From: an uncultured Desulfobacteraceae bacterium
GTDB lineage: Bacteria > Desulfobacterota > Desulfobacteria > Desulfobacterales > UBA11574
Assembly (NCBI GenBank): GCA_964410925.1
Contig: CAYPIW010000155.1
Span: 1,607-65,606, forward strand
Length of the DNA: 64,000 nucleotides
Direction: 5' to 3'
The position numbers and the translations under genes were made by a program. Below the pieces are notes generated by a model that was not told the DNA's origin, made no database searches, and saw nothing but the letters and a program-made list of their open reading frames with translations. How positions within the stretch are numbered: position 1 is the first letter of the stretch; the number at the start of each line of letters is the position of its first letter. Shown in pieces: positions 11,521-22,672 of this stretch.

Positions 11521-11669
11521 GATGAATTCGCAAAAAGTCGTCACTCCGGTGAAAACCGGAGTCCAGATGCTCTACAACTTCTTGAAAAGACTGGATTCCG
11601 GCTTTCGCCGGAATGACGGCCTGCAGCTCAGAAAGAAAACGGTATTTTATTACTTTTTGCGAGTTCATC
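11521..11669 (+). mobile_element. 149-bp MITE-like element, copy A
   Basis: Terminal inverted repeats gatgaattcgcaaaaag / ctttttgcgagttcatc. Internal hairpins (actccggtgaaaaccggagt, attccggctttcgccggaat). Flanked by aaatt on both sides. About 90% identical to the reverse complement of 59738..59886. Confidence 0.85.
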
Positions 11670-11815
11670 AAATTTGGATTTACATAAAAATGGCATGCCG
11701 AGCCGCAGCTTTGAGCAATCCGAATTTATGGGTGTTGCCAGCCTTCGTCAAGACTACGGCGGTAAAGGTCGGCGCGGCAGTCTTCGCTTTTTCAACTTCG
11801 TTTTGAAGCGAAGTC

Positions 11816-11892
<77 letters not shown>

Positions 11893-11947
11893 ATGATGAA
11901 TAATTTTTTACCATGCTTTGAATGCGCATGCAAGTACATAAAAACAA

Positions 11948-12736
11948 TTAACGAACTTTTTCAAAAAAATCGTCGATGCCGTTTCGGATGCTTTGGGCAA
12001 TATTCGATAACACGCTGATATCTTGTAATGATTTTTCTTCAGCGGGATTGGTGATATATCCGATTTCCAGGCACACTGCGGGCATATCCGCTCCTTCCAG
12101 AACCAGCAACGGCGCACCCAAAATTTCACTTTTTTTGAATAGTGTCCGTTCATTGAAGCGATTTTGCAACAAGTTGGCAAGAATTTTGCTTGATGTTTGA
12201 TGCCTGTTTTGAATGGTGGACCAGGGAGCCTGGGAGTGAATTGTTTCCAACGGTTTAGAGGGATCCGTGTCGGGTGTTAAAACCGATTCAGATATTGCAT
12301 TGAAAAAACAAATGGTTATGCCGCTTGCCTGATGAAGAAAGCTTCCGCCGGCATGAATGCTGATGAAAAGGTCTGCGTTTTCATGGTTGGCTATGGAGCT
12401 TCGGGAAGGAATATTTAAAAAATAGTCATCGGTTCTGGTAAGAATTACACGGTAGGTATTCTCCAATTCCGCGGCCACCGTTTTGGCCAGCTCAAGACTC
12501 ACATTTTTTTCAAAAGTTCCTTCCGGACCCAAAGCACCGGTGTCATACCCTCCATGTCCCGGATCTATCACAATGGTTTTTTTTTGCTGTGCAAAGATCG
12601 GTTTTTTGGAGGCTGCCTGTAAGGTTTGGGAGGATATAAGAATGATCCCTAAACCAATTAAAAGGCAATACCGTTTTCTAAAAAATGGATGATATGCCGA
12701 TGACATAGAAGACCCTCTTGTTGCTTTACTTGACAC
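11948..12736 (-). CDS. N-acetylmuramoyl-L-alanine amidase (Amidase_3 / AmiC-like)
   Basis: 262 aa. Signal-like segment, then VIDPGHGGYDTGA and ISIHAGG motifs. The true start may be the Met at 12706. Confidence 0.88.
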   Translation of the reverse strand: MSSKATRGSSMSSAYHPFFRKRYCLLIGLGIILISSQTLQAASKKPIFAQQKKTIVIDPGHGGYDTGALGPEGTFEKNVSLELAKTVAAELENTYRVILTRTDDYFLNIPSRSSIANHENADLFISIHAGGSFLHQASGITICFFNAISESVLTPDTDPSKPLETIHSQAPWSTIQNRHQTSSKILANLLQNRFNERTLFKKSEILGAPLLVLEGADMPAVCLEIGYITNPAEEKSLQDISVLSNIAQSIRNGIDDFFEKVR

Positions 12737-12906
12737 GCACTGGATTTGATATTATAATTCTATCTTATATTCTGTTGAAATTTAATATATTTAGGTATAT
12801 TGTCAAGTTATAGTTTGCCGTACTATTCAACCCGTTCTTTTTAACCTGAAAAAAACGGGGCGGTGGCAAAATTTAAGGTTCCCAATAGACTAACACCGTA
12901 TTAAGT

Positions 12907-12994
12907 TGCGAGAGTGGCGGAACTGGCAGACGCACTGGACTTAGGATCCAGCTCTGGTGACAGAATGGGAGTTCAAGTCTCCCCTCTCGCACCA
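12907..12994 (+). tRNA. tRNA-Leu (anticodon TAG), long variable arm
   Basis: gcgagagtggcggaactggcag...ctggacttaggatccag...gggagttcaagtctcccctctcgcacca. Class II tRNA with anticodon loop cttagga. Confidence 0.92.
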
Positions 12995-13032
12995 GTTTTT
13001 TAATTTATGCTAACTTGTTAGAAAGGATTTTT

Positions 13033-14352
13033 ATGAAAGTTTCGGTAGAAAATGTGAGCAGCGTCAAAAAGATAATGAATGTTGAGATTCCCGAAGAAAC
13101 GGTTGTTCGTGAACTGAACGATGCCTATAAAAAGCTCAAGAAAACCGCTAAAATAAAAGGGTTTCGCCCGGGTAAGGCACCCCGTTCGGTTTTGGAACAA
13201 TTGTTTAAAAAAGATGTGCATAATGATGTATCTTCCAAGCTCATTCAGGATTCTTTTATCGCGGCGCTCAAGCAAGCCGATCTCGATATTGTGGCAAAGC
13301 CGGAAATTGATCCGCCCGGACTCGATGAAAAGAGGCCTTATTCCTATGCTGTCACGGTGGAAATAAAACCCAAAATTGACGATATCGATTTCAAAAACTT
13401 ACCCCTGAAAAAAAATCTCTACCATGCTACGGATGAAGAAATGGATGCACAGCTTAAAATGCTCCAGAAAAATTTGGCAAAACAAAACCCCATATCAGAA
13501 GATCGAGGAGCTCGGGAAACCGATTTTGTTCTGATAGATTATGAAGGATTTAAGGACGGCAAACCCTTTGCCGAAACCCAAAAAACCGAAAACCACGCCA
13601 TGAAAGTTGGCGAGGGGCATATTTTAAAGGAATTTGACGATCAGCTAGTCGGAATGAAGACCGGAGATACCCGGGAAATAAAAGTAAAGTTTCCGGAAGA
13701 TTATCATAACGTAAAGCTGGCCAACCAGGAAATAATCTTCCAGGTAACCCTCCATGAGATCAGGGAAGAAGTGCTTCCGGAAATTAATGACGAGTTTGCC
13801 AAAAATTTTGGGCAGTATGAAACATTAGACAACCTCAAGGAGGCCATAACCAAGAACCTGGATGAGGGCTACGCCAAGAGAGCAGAGCAGGAGATGAACG
13901 AGCAGATTTTTAAGAATCTGATCTCAAAAACAGAATTCGAGTTGCCGGATTCAATGGTCGATTATGAACTGGAACGGATTATTGAAGAGGTTGAACGGAC
14001 TTTGGCATATCATAACAAGTCAATGGAAGATCAGGGGCTGTCCAGAGAAATCCTTTTGGAAAAACATCGTGAACTGGCTGAAAAGAAAGTAAGACGGCAT
14101 TTAATTTTAGATAAGATTGTCGAGCAGGAAAATATGGCTCTTTCTGATGAAGAATTAGAAAATGCGTTTAAGGAGATGGCCCAGGGTTTTAAACAACCGG
14201 TTGAAGAAATAAAAAAGTATTATGGTCAGAATACCGATACCCTCGAATTATTTAAACAGACGCTACTTGAAAAACAGGCTATGGACCTTATTATTAAAAA
14301 TAGCATCATTGAAGAGGTAGAGCCCAGCTTAGAAAAACAATCTGAAATTTAA
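13033..14352 (+). CDS. tig: Trigger factor
   Basis: MKVSVENVSSVKK...GFRPGKAP motif, a central FKBP-type PPIase region, and its position upstream of clpP-clpX-lon. Confidence 0.95.
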   Translation: MKVSVENVSSVKKIMNVEIPEETVVRELNDAYKKLKKTAKIKGFRPGKAPRSVLEQLFKKDVHNDVSSKLIQDSFIAALKQADLDIVAKPEIDPPGLDEKRPYSYAVTVEIKPKIDDIDFKNLPLKKNLYHATDEEMDAQLKMLQKNLAKQNPISEDRGARETDFVLIDYEGFKDGKPFAETQKTENHAMKVGEGHILKEFDDQLVGMKTGDTREIKVKFPEDYHNVKLANQEIIFQVTLHEIREEVLPEINDEFAKNFGQYETLDNLKEAITKNLDEGYAKRAEQEMNEQIFKNLISKTEFELPDSMVDYELERIIEEVERTLAYHNKSMEDQGLSREILLEKHRELAEKKVRRHLILDKIVEQENMALSDEELENAFKEMAQGFKQPVEEIKKYYGQNTDTLELFKQTLLEKQAMDLIIKNSIIEEVEPSLEKQSEI

Positions 14353-14409
14353 ATCCAACAGTTTGAAAGAAGTAAACTGTTGCGAACAAAAAATATAAGG
14401 AGACGATTT

Positions 14410-15024
14410 GTGCCATTAATACCCATGGTTATAGAGCAGAGCAGCAGAGGCGAACGCGCCTATGATATATATTCAAGGCTTCTCAAAGACAGAATCATTT
14501 TCCTTGGCTCGGCAATGAATGATGAGATTGCAAATCTTTTGATTGCACAGCTTTTATTCCTTGAATCCGAAGATCCTGACAAGGATATCAATTTTTATAT
14601 CAATTCCCCGGGCGGTTTGGTGACAGCCGGTTTGGCGGTCTATGACACCATGCAGTATATTAAACCGGATATTGCCACCGTATGTATCGGACAAGCGGCC
14701 AGTATGGGAGCGCTTTTACTGACCGCTGGAACAAAAGGTAAGCGCTATACCCTTCCAAACGCAAGAATCTTGATCCATCAGCCCATGGGAGGATTTCAGG
14801 GGCAAGCATCGGATATAGCAATACAGGCCAAAGAAATTCTTCGTATGAAGGAAACTCTGAATAACATTTTAGTGTTGCACACCGGAAAGGATTTGGCGCA
14901 CATACAGTCTGATACGGATCGTGATTTTTTCATGACTGGCCAGGAGGCCAAAGAATACGGGATCGTCGATCATGTTATCTTTAACAGAGATGATCTTGAT
15001 AAAATAGAAAAGGTGGAGGATTAA
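14410..15024 (+). CDS. clpP: ATP-dependent Clp protease proteolytic subunit
   Basis: [25 protein letters not shown]. Catalytic-Ser context GQAASMGA. An AAGGAG RBS lies 8 nt upstream of the GTG at 14410. Confidence 0.96.
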   Translation: MPLIPMVIEQSSRGERAYDIYSRLLKDRIIFLGSAMNDEIANLLIAQLLFLESEDPDKDINFYINSPGGLVTAGLAVYDTMQYIKPDIATVCIGQAASMGALLLTAGTKGKRYTLPNARILIHQPMGGFQGQASDIAIQAKEILRMKETLNNILVLHTGKDLAHIQSDTDRDFFMTGQEAKEYGIVDHVIFNRDDLDKIEKVED

Positions 15025-15025
15025 C

Positions 15026-16279
15026 ATGTCGAAAAAAGGGGATATGAACGACAATCTCTTTTGTTCGTTTTGTGGAAAAAATCAGAAAGAGGTACAGAAG
15101 CTGATTGCCGGTCCCGCGGTTTATATTTGTGACGAATGCATACAGCTCTGCAGTGAAATTATTGAAGAAGAAAGAGAAAAAGATATAGATGGTATGGAGC
15201 AACCGCTTTTTCCAAAAGAGATAAAGGCCATGCTCGACGATTACGTGATCGAGCAGGATGCGGCCAAAAAGACTCTTGCTGTTGCTGTTTATAATCATTA
15301 CAAGCGTCTTGATTCTTCAATCAGAACCAGTGAGGTTGAGCTTCAGAAAAGTAATATCCTTCTTATTGGACCCACCGGCTGTGGAAAGACATTGCTGGCG
15401 CAAACCCTTGCACGATTTCTGAATGTACCCTTTACCATTGCCGATGCGACCAGCCTGACCGAGGCAGGCTATGTGGGTGAGGATGTTGAAAATATTATCC
15501 TTTCCCTGCTTCAGAACGCGGATTACGATGTGGAAAAAGCCCGGCGGGGCATTGTTTACATCGATGAAATTGACAAAATTGCACGCAAATCCGATAACCC
15601 TTCCATTACCCGCGATGTTTCCGGAGAGGGGGTTCAGCAGGCATTATTGAAGATTATAGAAGGAACCACCGCCAGCGTGCCTCCCAAAGGCGGACGAAAA
15701 CATCCGCAGCAGGATTTTGTCAAGGTGGACACCTCTAACATCCTCTTTATTTGTGGGGGAACTTTTACAGGGCTCGAGCAAATTATACAGCGGCGTTTGG
15801 GATCCAAAATCATGGGATTTGGCGCCAAAATCGCAAAACAGGAAGAAAAAAACATCGGTGAAACCCTGAAGCTGGTTCAACCCGAGGATCTGATAAAATA
15901 CGGTTTGATTCCTGAATTTTTGGGTCGTCTGCCTGTTATCGCAACCCTTGGAGAATTGAATGATTCTGCTTTGATAAAAATACTCAAGGAGCCGAAAAAT
16001 GCCCTTATTAAGCAGTTTTCAAAACTCATGGAAATGGAAGGCGTAAACTTAAGATTTACAGACAGCGCCCTTTCCGCCATTGCCAAAGAGGCTTTGAAAA
16101 GAAAATCCGGCGCCAGAGGCCTTCGTGCCATTATAGAAAGCTGCATGATGGATATCATGTATGAAATTCCTTCTATGGAGAATGTAAAGGAGTGCGTCAT
16201 CGGAGAAGATACGGTAATCAATAAAGAAGATCCCATTTTGTTGTTTGAGCAGCCGAAACAGCAAGCACAAGACAACTGA
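15026..16279 (+). CDS. clpX: ATP-dependent Clp protease ATP-binding subunit ClpX
   Basis: N-terminal zinc finger CSFCGK...CDEC. Walker [12 protein letters not shown]-type loop region. Confidence 0.97.
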   Translation: MSKKGDMNDNLFCSFCGKNQKEVQKLIAGPAVYICDECIQLCSEIIEEEREKDIDGMEQPLFPKEIKAMLDDYVIEQDAAKKTLAVAVYNHYKRLDSSIRTSEVELQKSNILLIGPTGCGKTLLAQTLARFLNVPFTIADATSLTEAGYVGEDVENIILSLLQNADYDVEKARRGIVYIDEIDKIARKSDNPSITRDVSGEGVQQALLKIIEGTTASVPPKGGRKHPQQDFVKVDTSNILFICGGTFTGLEQIIQRRLGSKIMGFGAKIAKQEEKNIGETLKLVQPEDLIKYGLIPEFLGRLPVIATLGELNDSALIKILKEPKNALIKQFSKLMEMEGVNLRFTDSALSAIAKEALKRKSGARGLRAIIESCMMDIMYEIPSMENVKECVIGEDTVINKEDPILLFEQPKQQAQDN

Positions 16280-16299
16280 TTAAAGGTATAAATATTACA

Positions 16300-18741
16300 A
16301 TGATTAACTTGCCAAAATTTTTTAAGGATAATGATTCAGAATCGCCGGAATTGCTGCTTCCGTTACTTCCGCTTAGAGATATCGTGGTCTTTCCTCACAT
16401 GGTTGCCCCCCTTTTTGTGGGGCGTTCACAATCTGTGAAAGCGCTTTCCGATGCCATGAACACCAATAAAAGAGTTTTCCTTTCCACTCAAAAAAAGGCA
16501 GCTATTGACAACCCTACGGAAAAAGATATCAGCCCGGTAGGAACCATTGCAAAGATACTCCAACTCCTCCGGCTCCCCGACGGAACGGTAAAAGCTTTGA
16601 TTGAAGGACAATCCAGGGCTTCTATTGTCCGTTTTATCAGGAACCCGGACTTTTTGCAGGTAGCGCTAAAGCCCATCCAAGACACTGAAATTTTGCCTGC
16701 CCAGGGCGAGGCTCTGATCCGGGCGATTCATGATAGTTTTGACGAATATGCTAAGGTAAACAAAAATATCTCAAAAGATCTCGTCAAAACGGTTTCTGCC
16801 CTCTCAGATCCTTCAAAATTGGCGGATACGGTAGCAGCTCATTTTTCTTTTAAAATAGACGACAAACAGCGTCTCCTGGAAGCAGTTGTTTTGGAAGACC
16901 GGCTGTCTCTTCTGTTAAGCTTGATAAAGATGGAAATCGATATCTTCAAGATGGATCAGAGAATAAAAGATCGTGTCAAAAAACAGATGGAAAAAACTCA
17001 GAAAAATTATTATTTGAATGAGCAAATGCGGGCCATCAAAAAGGAGATCGGGACTGAGGATGACAATAAAAATGAGCTGAATGATCTTGAAAAGCGAATC
17101 AAACGCAAACGCATGTCAAAGGAAGCCGCAGCCAAAGTCAGACAAGAGTTCAAAAAGCTTAAACTGATGACTCCCATGTCCGCTGAAGCAACGGTGGTTC
17201 GAGGCTATATTGAATGGTTGATCAGTCTTCCCTGGTTTGACAAGAGCAAAATCCGAAAAGATATCGAAGAAGCAGATAAAATACTGGAAGAAGATCATTA
17301 CGGACTGGAAAAGCCAAAGGAACGCATACTTGAATACCTTGCGGTGCAATCTCTGGTCAACAAAATCCGGGGACCCATACTTTGTTTTGTGGGACCGCCC
17401 GGGGTAGGAAAAACATCTTTGGCCAAATCTGTTGCCAGGGCTACCGGAAGAAAATTTGTACGTCTTTCCCTGGGAGGTGTTCGGGATGAGGCTGAAATTC
17501 GGGGACATCGACGCACTTATATCGGCGCAATGCCCGGTAAAATCATCCAGTCTCTTAAAAAAGTCGGTGTCAATAATCCGGTATTTTGCCTTGATGAAGT
17601 TGATAAAATGAGCATGGATTTCCGTGGCGATCCTTCGGCCGCTCTCTTAGAGGTCCTTGACCCGGAACAGAATTACAGCTTCAACGACCATTATCTTGAT
17701 ATGGATTACGATCTTTCGGATATACTTTTTATTACCACAGCCAATACGCTTCCTGAGATACCGCTTCCCTTACAGGACAGAATGGAAATTATTCGTTTGC
17801 CCGGATATGCCGAGTACGAAAAATATTATATTGCCAGAGACTTTCTTTTATCCAAACAGATCGAAATGAACGGACTTAAAGATAAGAATGTAAGTTTTTC
17901 CAAGGAAGCTGTTCTTACAATTATTCGGAGATATACACGAGAATCAGGAGTCAGAAACCTTGAACGCGAAATTTCTTCCATCTGCCGCAAAATCGCCCGC
18001 AAAGTAATCGCGAATAAACAGAGCGATGGGTTTAAGGTTACCGCAAGTTCCGTGCAGAATCACTTAGGGCCGCCACGTTTTAAAGAGCTTCAGATAGAGG
18101 AAAACGATCAGGTCGGAATTGTTACCGGACTTGCGTGGACACAAGTGGGCGGGGAATTGCTTTGTGTCGAAACATTAATTATGCCCGGTAAGGGAAAACT
18201 TACCATGACCGGAAAACTCGGAGATGTAATGAAAGAGTCTGCCCAGGCAGGCGTAAGTTATGTCCGATCACGTGCCAATCAGCTCGACATAGACAGCAAA
18301 TTTTACAGGAAATTTGATATTCATATTCACATACCTGAAGGTGCCATTCCAAAAGACGGCCCTTCCGCAGGGATTTCAATGTGTACGTCCCTGGTTTCAG
18401 CCCTTCTGAAAAGACCGGTTTATCATGATATTGCCATGACCGGAGAAATAACTTTGAGAGGACGTGTTCTTCCTATTGGCGGAATAAAAGAAAAAATTCT
18501 GGCCGCTCACAGAGGCGGTGTCAAGAAAGTTATTATTCCTAAAGAAAATAAAAAGGATTTAAAGGATATCCCCTCCACGGTGTTAAAAGAGGTTGAAATT
18601 GTTTTGGTGGAACATATGGACGAAGTATTGCCTCATTCATTGATTTTAAATGAAGGGGATACGCTTTTTAAAGAAAATGACATGCCTTTTGACATGATGA
18701 AGAAAGAAGTTGATCACAGCCAACCGTCAGCCCTGATATAA
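16300..18741 (+). CDS. lon: Lon protease (LonA)
   Basis: 813 aa. Walker [10 protein letters not shown] and protease-domain motif PKDGPSAG. Confidence 0.97.
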   Translation: MINLPKFFKDNDSESPELLLPLLPLRDIVVFPHMVAPLFVGRSQSVKALSDAMNTNKRVFLSTQKKAAIDNPTEKDISPVGTIAKILQLLRLPDGTVKALIEGQSRASIVRFIRNPDFLQVALKPIQDTEILPAQGEALIRAIHDSFDEYAKVNKNISKDLVKTVSALSDPSKLADTVAAHFSFKIDDKQRLLEAVVLEDRLSLLLSLIKMEIDIFKMDQRIKDRVKKQMEKTQKNYYLNEQMRAIKKEIGTEDDNKNELNDLEKRIKRKRMSKEAAAKVRQEFKKLKLMTPMSAEATVVRGYIEWLISLPWFDKSKIRKDIEEADKILEEDHYGLEKPKERILEYLAVQSLVNKIRGPILCFVGPPGVGKTSLAKSVARATGRKFVRLSLGGVRDEAEIRGHRRTYIGAMPGKIIQSLKKVGVNNPVFCLDEVDKMSMDFRGDPSAALLEVLDPEQNYSFNDHYLDMDYDLSDILFITTANTLPEIPLPLQDRMEIIRLPGYAEYEKYYIARDFLLSKQIEMNGLKDKNVSFSKEAVLTIIRRYTRESGVRNLEREISSICRKIARKVIANKQSDGFKVTASSVQNHLGPPRFKELQIEENDQVGIVTGLAWTQVGGELLCVETLIMPGKGKLTMTGKLGDVMKESAQAGVSYVRSRANQLDIDSKFYRKFDIHIHIPEGAIPKDGPSAGISMCTSLVSALLKRPVYHDIAMTGEITLRGRVLPIGGIKEKILAAHRGGVKKVIIPKENKKDLKDIPSTVLKEVEIVLVEHMDEVLPHSLILNEGDTLFKENDMPFDMMKKEVDHSQPSALI

Positions 18742-18880
18742 TCAAACGTAAGCGAACTAATCTTGAATTTATACGAAACATTTGTTCAGAACATTTTAAT
18801 ATTGACTTCCTGCTGCTAAATTGTTAGCGGTAGCTTGCTGTAAAAATTTCCAGCATTTAAAATCTGCTCGCAGGGTATAG

Positions 18881-18956
18881 GGGCGGATAGCTCAGTTGGG
18901 AGAGCATCGGCCTTACAAGCCGAGGGTCACAGGTTCAAGCCCTGTTCCGCCTACCA
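18881..18956 (+). tRNA. tRNA-Val (anticodon TAC)
   Basis: gggcggatagctcagttggg...tcggccttacaagccga...ggttcaagccctgttccgcctacca. Cloverleaf with encoded CCA. Confidence 0.92.
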
Positions 18957-18959
18957 TCT

Positions 18960-19038
18960 GGGGGTGTAGCTCAGTTTTGGTTAGAGCGCCGGCCTGTCAA
19001 GCCGGAGGTCGCGGGTTCAAGTCCCGTCACTCCCGCCA
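18960..19038 (+). tRNA. tRNA-Asp (anticodon GTC)
   Basis: gggggtgtagctcagttttggttagagcgccggcctgtcaagccgg...gggttcaagtcccgtcactcccgcca. Lies 3 nt after tRNA-Val. Confidence 0.9.
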
Positions 19039-19050
19039 TTAATAATATCA

Positions 19051-19083
19051 AGGACTTAGAGGAATTATCTAAGTCCTTTTTAT
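19051..19083 (+). terminator. Rho-independent terminator of the tRNA-Val/Asp unit
   Basis: Stem aggacttag / ctaagtcct with an 8-nt loop, followed by tttttattt. Confidence 0.8.
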
Positions 19084-19427
19084 TTGGTTATCAATGTAAT
19101 GCCTCACTGTATTCCCCACATTGAGAAATAAAAAAAAATCCGCATCCATCAGCAAAAACCAGACTTTAAAATGTGAAATTAAGAAGTTTAATCAGGACGA
19201 AGAATTAATAAAGTTTTTTCAGCAAGTTCGAGGGCAATTTCTTTCCGTTTAGATTTTTCATCAGGCCAATCAACAATCTCTGCATGCCGAGGTGGGATAT
19301 TACTATAACGCTGGGCAAAATCAGGCCACCAATATTCCGAAAAGGCGTTTTTTCTAATCACCCGACCTTTGATTCCTCCCGTGTTAATTGTATTTTCGAA
19401 TTCAAGTATCTTGGAGGAGAAAATACA

Positions 19428-19823
19428 ATGCCTTATGTGAGACCCCGGAAACGACCCTGTAGCATCTGCCGCAAGTGGTTTCTGCCTGATGTTCGGCAAG
19501 CTGGTAGACAAAAGACTTGCAGTCCTGAGTGCAGTGGAGAATTGCATCGAAGAAACTGTGCAGAATGGAACAAGAAGAATACAGCATATTTCAAGAGCAA
19601 CTATTTAGATAAAAAACTCGAAGAGGACGGCAGATCCCCACCGGATTCAACTCAACCAGATGTTGAAGCAGATCCAGAGCCAGCACCCAAAAGCCGGATC
19701 AACCTGAACCTGCCCCGAGACATCATTGAGAGTAAAATCGGCAGAGATAATTTGATTATGGCAGAATACGTGACCGAACAGATATTTAGCAGAATTCGGA
19801 ACAATGCCGCCGGCTTTTCCTGA
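19428..19823 (+). CDS. Hypothetical zinc-ribbon protein (CxxC...CxxxC) with an acidic/proline-rich linker
   Basis: MPYVRPRKRPCSICRKWF...CSPECSG. A GGAGGAG RBS lies 7 nt upstream of the ATG at 19428. The track ORF begins earlier, at 19284. Confidence 0.6.
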   Translation: MPYVRPRKRPCSICRKWFLPDVRQAGRQKTCSPECSGELHRRNCAEWNKKNTAYFKSNYLDKKLEEDGRSPPDSTQPDVEADPEPAPKSRINLNLPRDIIESKIGRDNLIMAEYVTEQIFSRIRNNAAGFS

Positions 19824-19997
19824 AAAGTAATCTACTTCGGTTTTTAAGACGCATCATAGATATAACCCGTTGTTATGAAAGAAGATATGAACAAAGTAAT
19901 CGAAACATGTTTTTAAGATTCATTACAGGTATAACCATATGTATATATTAAGGATATTGACGAAGTAATCCCAAACTGTTTTCAAGACGCAATAGAC

Positions 19998-20513
19998 TTG
20001 GACATGCCAATGTTTGTATGGTTAGCCATCATGAACGATGACCAGAAAAATAGCGGCATAAGACAGTTAGAAATATCTAGTTTTGATTTGCGTTATGAAC
20101 ATTGCCGTTTGAAGTCAAAAGTTACGGAGAGGTCGCTTTTATCCTCCATATTGGATCATGGTATTCGAGATCCATTGCGGGGCATGGAGACCAAGGATGG
20201 ATACCGGATTTTGCTCGATTGTTTTAAACGATACAGATGTGCGAAAAAGCTGAGTATTGGCATCGTGCCATACCATTGTCTCGGTGAAGATGAGGCCTTT
20301 AGGATCATAACACTTTTGCGCATTGCAAATGCGAAAAGCCTCAGCATCTTGGAACAGGCCCGATTGATTGACGAATTAAACACCATTCATAAGATGTCTG
20401 TTTCGCAGATAGCCGGTCTTCTGGAAAAGAGTAAACCCCGATGTTGCATTGAAATTCACCAAAACACATGGAATATACTGTCATACAAGATATATTGCTA
20501 CCGCCCACAATAA
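19998..20513 (+). pseudogene. ParB/Srx-like N-terminal domain protein, apparently disrupted after ~150 aa
   Basis: ParB-N-like core (GIRDPLRGMETKDGYRILLDCFKRYRCAKKL). An HTH-like segment (SVSQIAGLLEKSK) runs into nonsense sequence and a stop. The downstream frame carries no matching continuation. Confidence 0.5.
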
Positions 20514-20733
20514 TTGGACCTGTTTGTCTCAAATTATTTAACCCCGATTCTCTTTTATGGAAGGTAATAATTTTAACCCGCTACCCCGCAGGTAATATAT
20601 TAAGATTATGTGAAATATATAGCATATCAAAGCACATTTCCGGGCTTCGAGATATCGTTTTTGAAATGGGTCAAATAAGGTAAGATTTGGGGCCAGATAA
20701 TGTGAGACTTAGCAGTATGATTCATTTGACTAT

Positions 20734-21189
20734 ATGACCAAGAATCAAAATATCATCTGGATAGGACCCACTGGTGTCGGAAAAACCGGTCTTGCAACAG
20801 CCTTTCTTATGCATGCAATTGACCATGAATATAAAGGACGGTTCATTGCCTTCCCAGAGCTTACAGAGATCCTCTATAGATCAGTGGCGGATCATTCTGA
20901 AGAGAAAATCATGAAAACATTTCTTTCCTATGACTGTCTGCTTATTGATGAAGTCGGATATGTGGAGGTCGAACCGGTTCAGGTTGGATTGTTTTTTACC
21001 CTGATGCACAAAAGACATAAGAAGAAAAACACATTGATAACTTCCAACCTTGGTTTTAGTCAATGGACATCATTCTTGAGAAACGATCAGCTTACAGCGG
21101 CATTGATCGACCGTTTGACTGAAAACAGCCATGTTATCAATATGAAGAACTGTGTCAGTCTGCGACGCAAACCTGATCCGGCGGGTTGA
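20734..21189 (+). mobile_element. istB: IS21-family IstB helper ATPase, N-terminally truncated; no istA present
   Basis: Walker A GPTGVGKTG, Walker B LLIDEVGY, and the C-terminal TSNLGFSQW...LIDRLTENSHVINM typical of IstB. Only 151 aa, against about 250 for intact proteins. Confidence 0.75.
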
Positions 21190-21190
21190 A

Positions 21191-21784
21191 ATGACAAAAG
21201 GCCGCTTTACCAATCACGAACTGCATACTCTACGCAATGACATTCCTATTGACGCATTGATTGATAAGGCACTTTGCATTCCTTCCCGGGTTGCGGAGGG
21301 TCATTTTCGTTTTCTTTGCCCCTTATGCCAAGAATTTAACACCGCCGTAAATCCTGAGACAAATCTGGCCAGATGCTTCCGTTGTGAGGAAAACTTCAAT
21401 ACCATAGACCTGGTGATGATAATCAGGGAGTCGGACTTTGTTGAAAGCGTCAGGTTCCTGCAAAACTATCATAAGAGTGCTTCTGTCAGTCGAAATGAGG
21501 ACTACCGGGTGGCTACCACCGGCAGTGACACTCATGATGGCTCTCAGATGAAATGTGCTGACCGATCAGAACACTCAAATAACAGCATGGTTCATATCGG
21601 CCATATTCTTGATCGTATAGTGCCCTCAAAATGTGAGAGAATCCCTTCTGTCTTCAATCGCCCTGCTCAACAGAATATGGCCAATTGTCGCATACTAAGA
21701 CTGGAACAGAAAGTAGATCGTTTATCCCATCAAATCGAAAATATACTAAAAGCAATCCATATCGATAATCCTTCCCACCAGTGA
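21191..21784 (+). CDS. CHC2-type (primase-like) zinc-finger protein with a low-complexity C-terminus
   Basis: HFRFLCPLCQEFNTAVNPETNLARCFRCEENFNTIDLV matches the CHC2 zinc-finger layout. The ATG at 21191 lies 1 nt after the istB stop. Confidence 0.6.
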   Translation: MTKGRFTNHELHTLRNDIPIDALIDKALCIPSRVAEGHFRFLCPLCQEFNTAVNPETNLARCFRCEENFNTIDLVMIIRESDFVESVRFLQNYHKSASVSRNEDYRVATTGSDTHDGSQMKCADRSEHSNNSMVHIGHILDRIVPSKCERIPSVFNRPAQQNMANCRILRLEQKVDRLSHQIENILKAIHIDNPSHQ

Positions 21785-22359
21785 GCACCTACTGTCTTAT
21801 CAACGATGATAGAATAGTTTCCTCATTAAGCATCATCCTGCAAACAGTGCTACGTAGCAGCCGGCGGGGGATCGGGTGACGGAAAGGCACGGGTCGCCAT
21901 ATTCGTATTGAACTTGGTTTAGGTGATTTTTCTTTTGGAGTAATAGCTGGGCTGCCGGGTGTGACATCGTAAAGATCATATAGGGAGCAGTTCGGTTTTT
22001 TGAGTTTTACCATGCCCGTGACAGGGGGATCGCCCAATTTCTCGGCCTGTGTAAAATGAAAAAAAAACCGTTGGGAGCAAGATATGGGTTTACCGTTAAT
22101 TTAATGAATCCATATTCCCGGCGGTTACTGTGGCATGGCTCATCTCTGATCCTAATCCTTGAAAAGGAACCATACTGGACAAAAATAAAAGAGAGGACTC
22201 CGGCATACCGATTCAATTATTTAGCAAAGTGATGGTTATTGAATTCAGAATTTAGAAAATAGCCTTTGATCCTGAAAAAGTGAGGCCAAAAAATCCTTCA
22301 GATTTTGCTTTAAAATCATCGATTTAAAACCTGTGCTAACTGCAATAAACCGCAACTAC

Positions 22360-22548
22360 CTAAATTTGTTTGATATCAAAACAGTATCTTAGCAACCACA
22401 TCTTTTTTACACAAAACGGTTAATAGCCGCACGGCACAATATACAGCATCATCACCGATCTTAAATTTTTCAGCGGTTAAATCGTTTTTGTAATAAGGGC
22501 AAATCTTTTTCCGGGGATTTGCTCTTTTCATTTTTTTTGATATATGCA
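22360..22548. repeat. Direct repeat unit 1 (~190 bp) upstream of lhgO
   Basis: Aligns by eye with 23962..24150 at roughly 75% identity (ctaaatttgtttgatatcaaaacagtatct...ttttcattttttttgatatatgcaat). Confidence 0.8.
22376..22531 (-). CDS. Small hypothetical protein (51 aa from the Met conserved in both repeat copies; 69 aa from the track start 22585)
   Basis: MKRANPRKKICPYYKNDLTAEKFKIGDDAVYCAVRLL... The paralogous copy in repeat unit 2 is frameshifted. Confidence 0.4.
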   Translation of the reverse strand: MKRANPRKKICPYYKNDLTAEKFKIGDDAVYCAVRLLTVLCKKDVVAKILF

Positions 22549-22672
22549 ATTGGCATAAATTCCATTTGTGTTGCTTTTTTGTCAATAAAGCATAAATTTA
22601 ATATTTTTACACTTTTTGACAACAGGATGACTTATAAAAGTGGCATTGTTATTTGAGCTTGGGGAGGAGATA

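Noticed and set aside
19188-19547. 119-aa minus-strand ORF just after the tRNA terminator (C-terminal part ...EYWWPDFAQRYSNIPPRHAEIVDWPDEKSKRKEIALELAEK), considered as a possible integrase or toxin-antitoxin remnant
   Set aside because: Its N-terminal third overlaps the better-supported plus-strand CDS starting at 19428, which has a strong RBS. There are no tyrosine-recombinase or TA motifs. A shorter ~55-aa product from an internal GTG is possible but unsupported.
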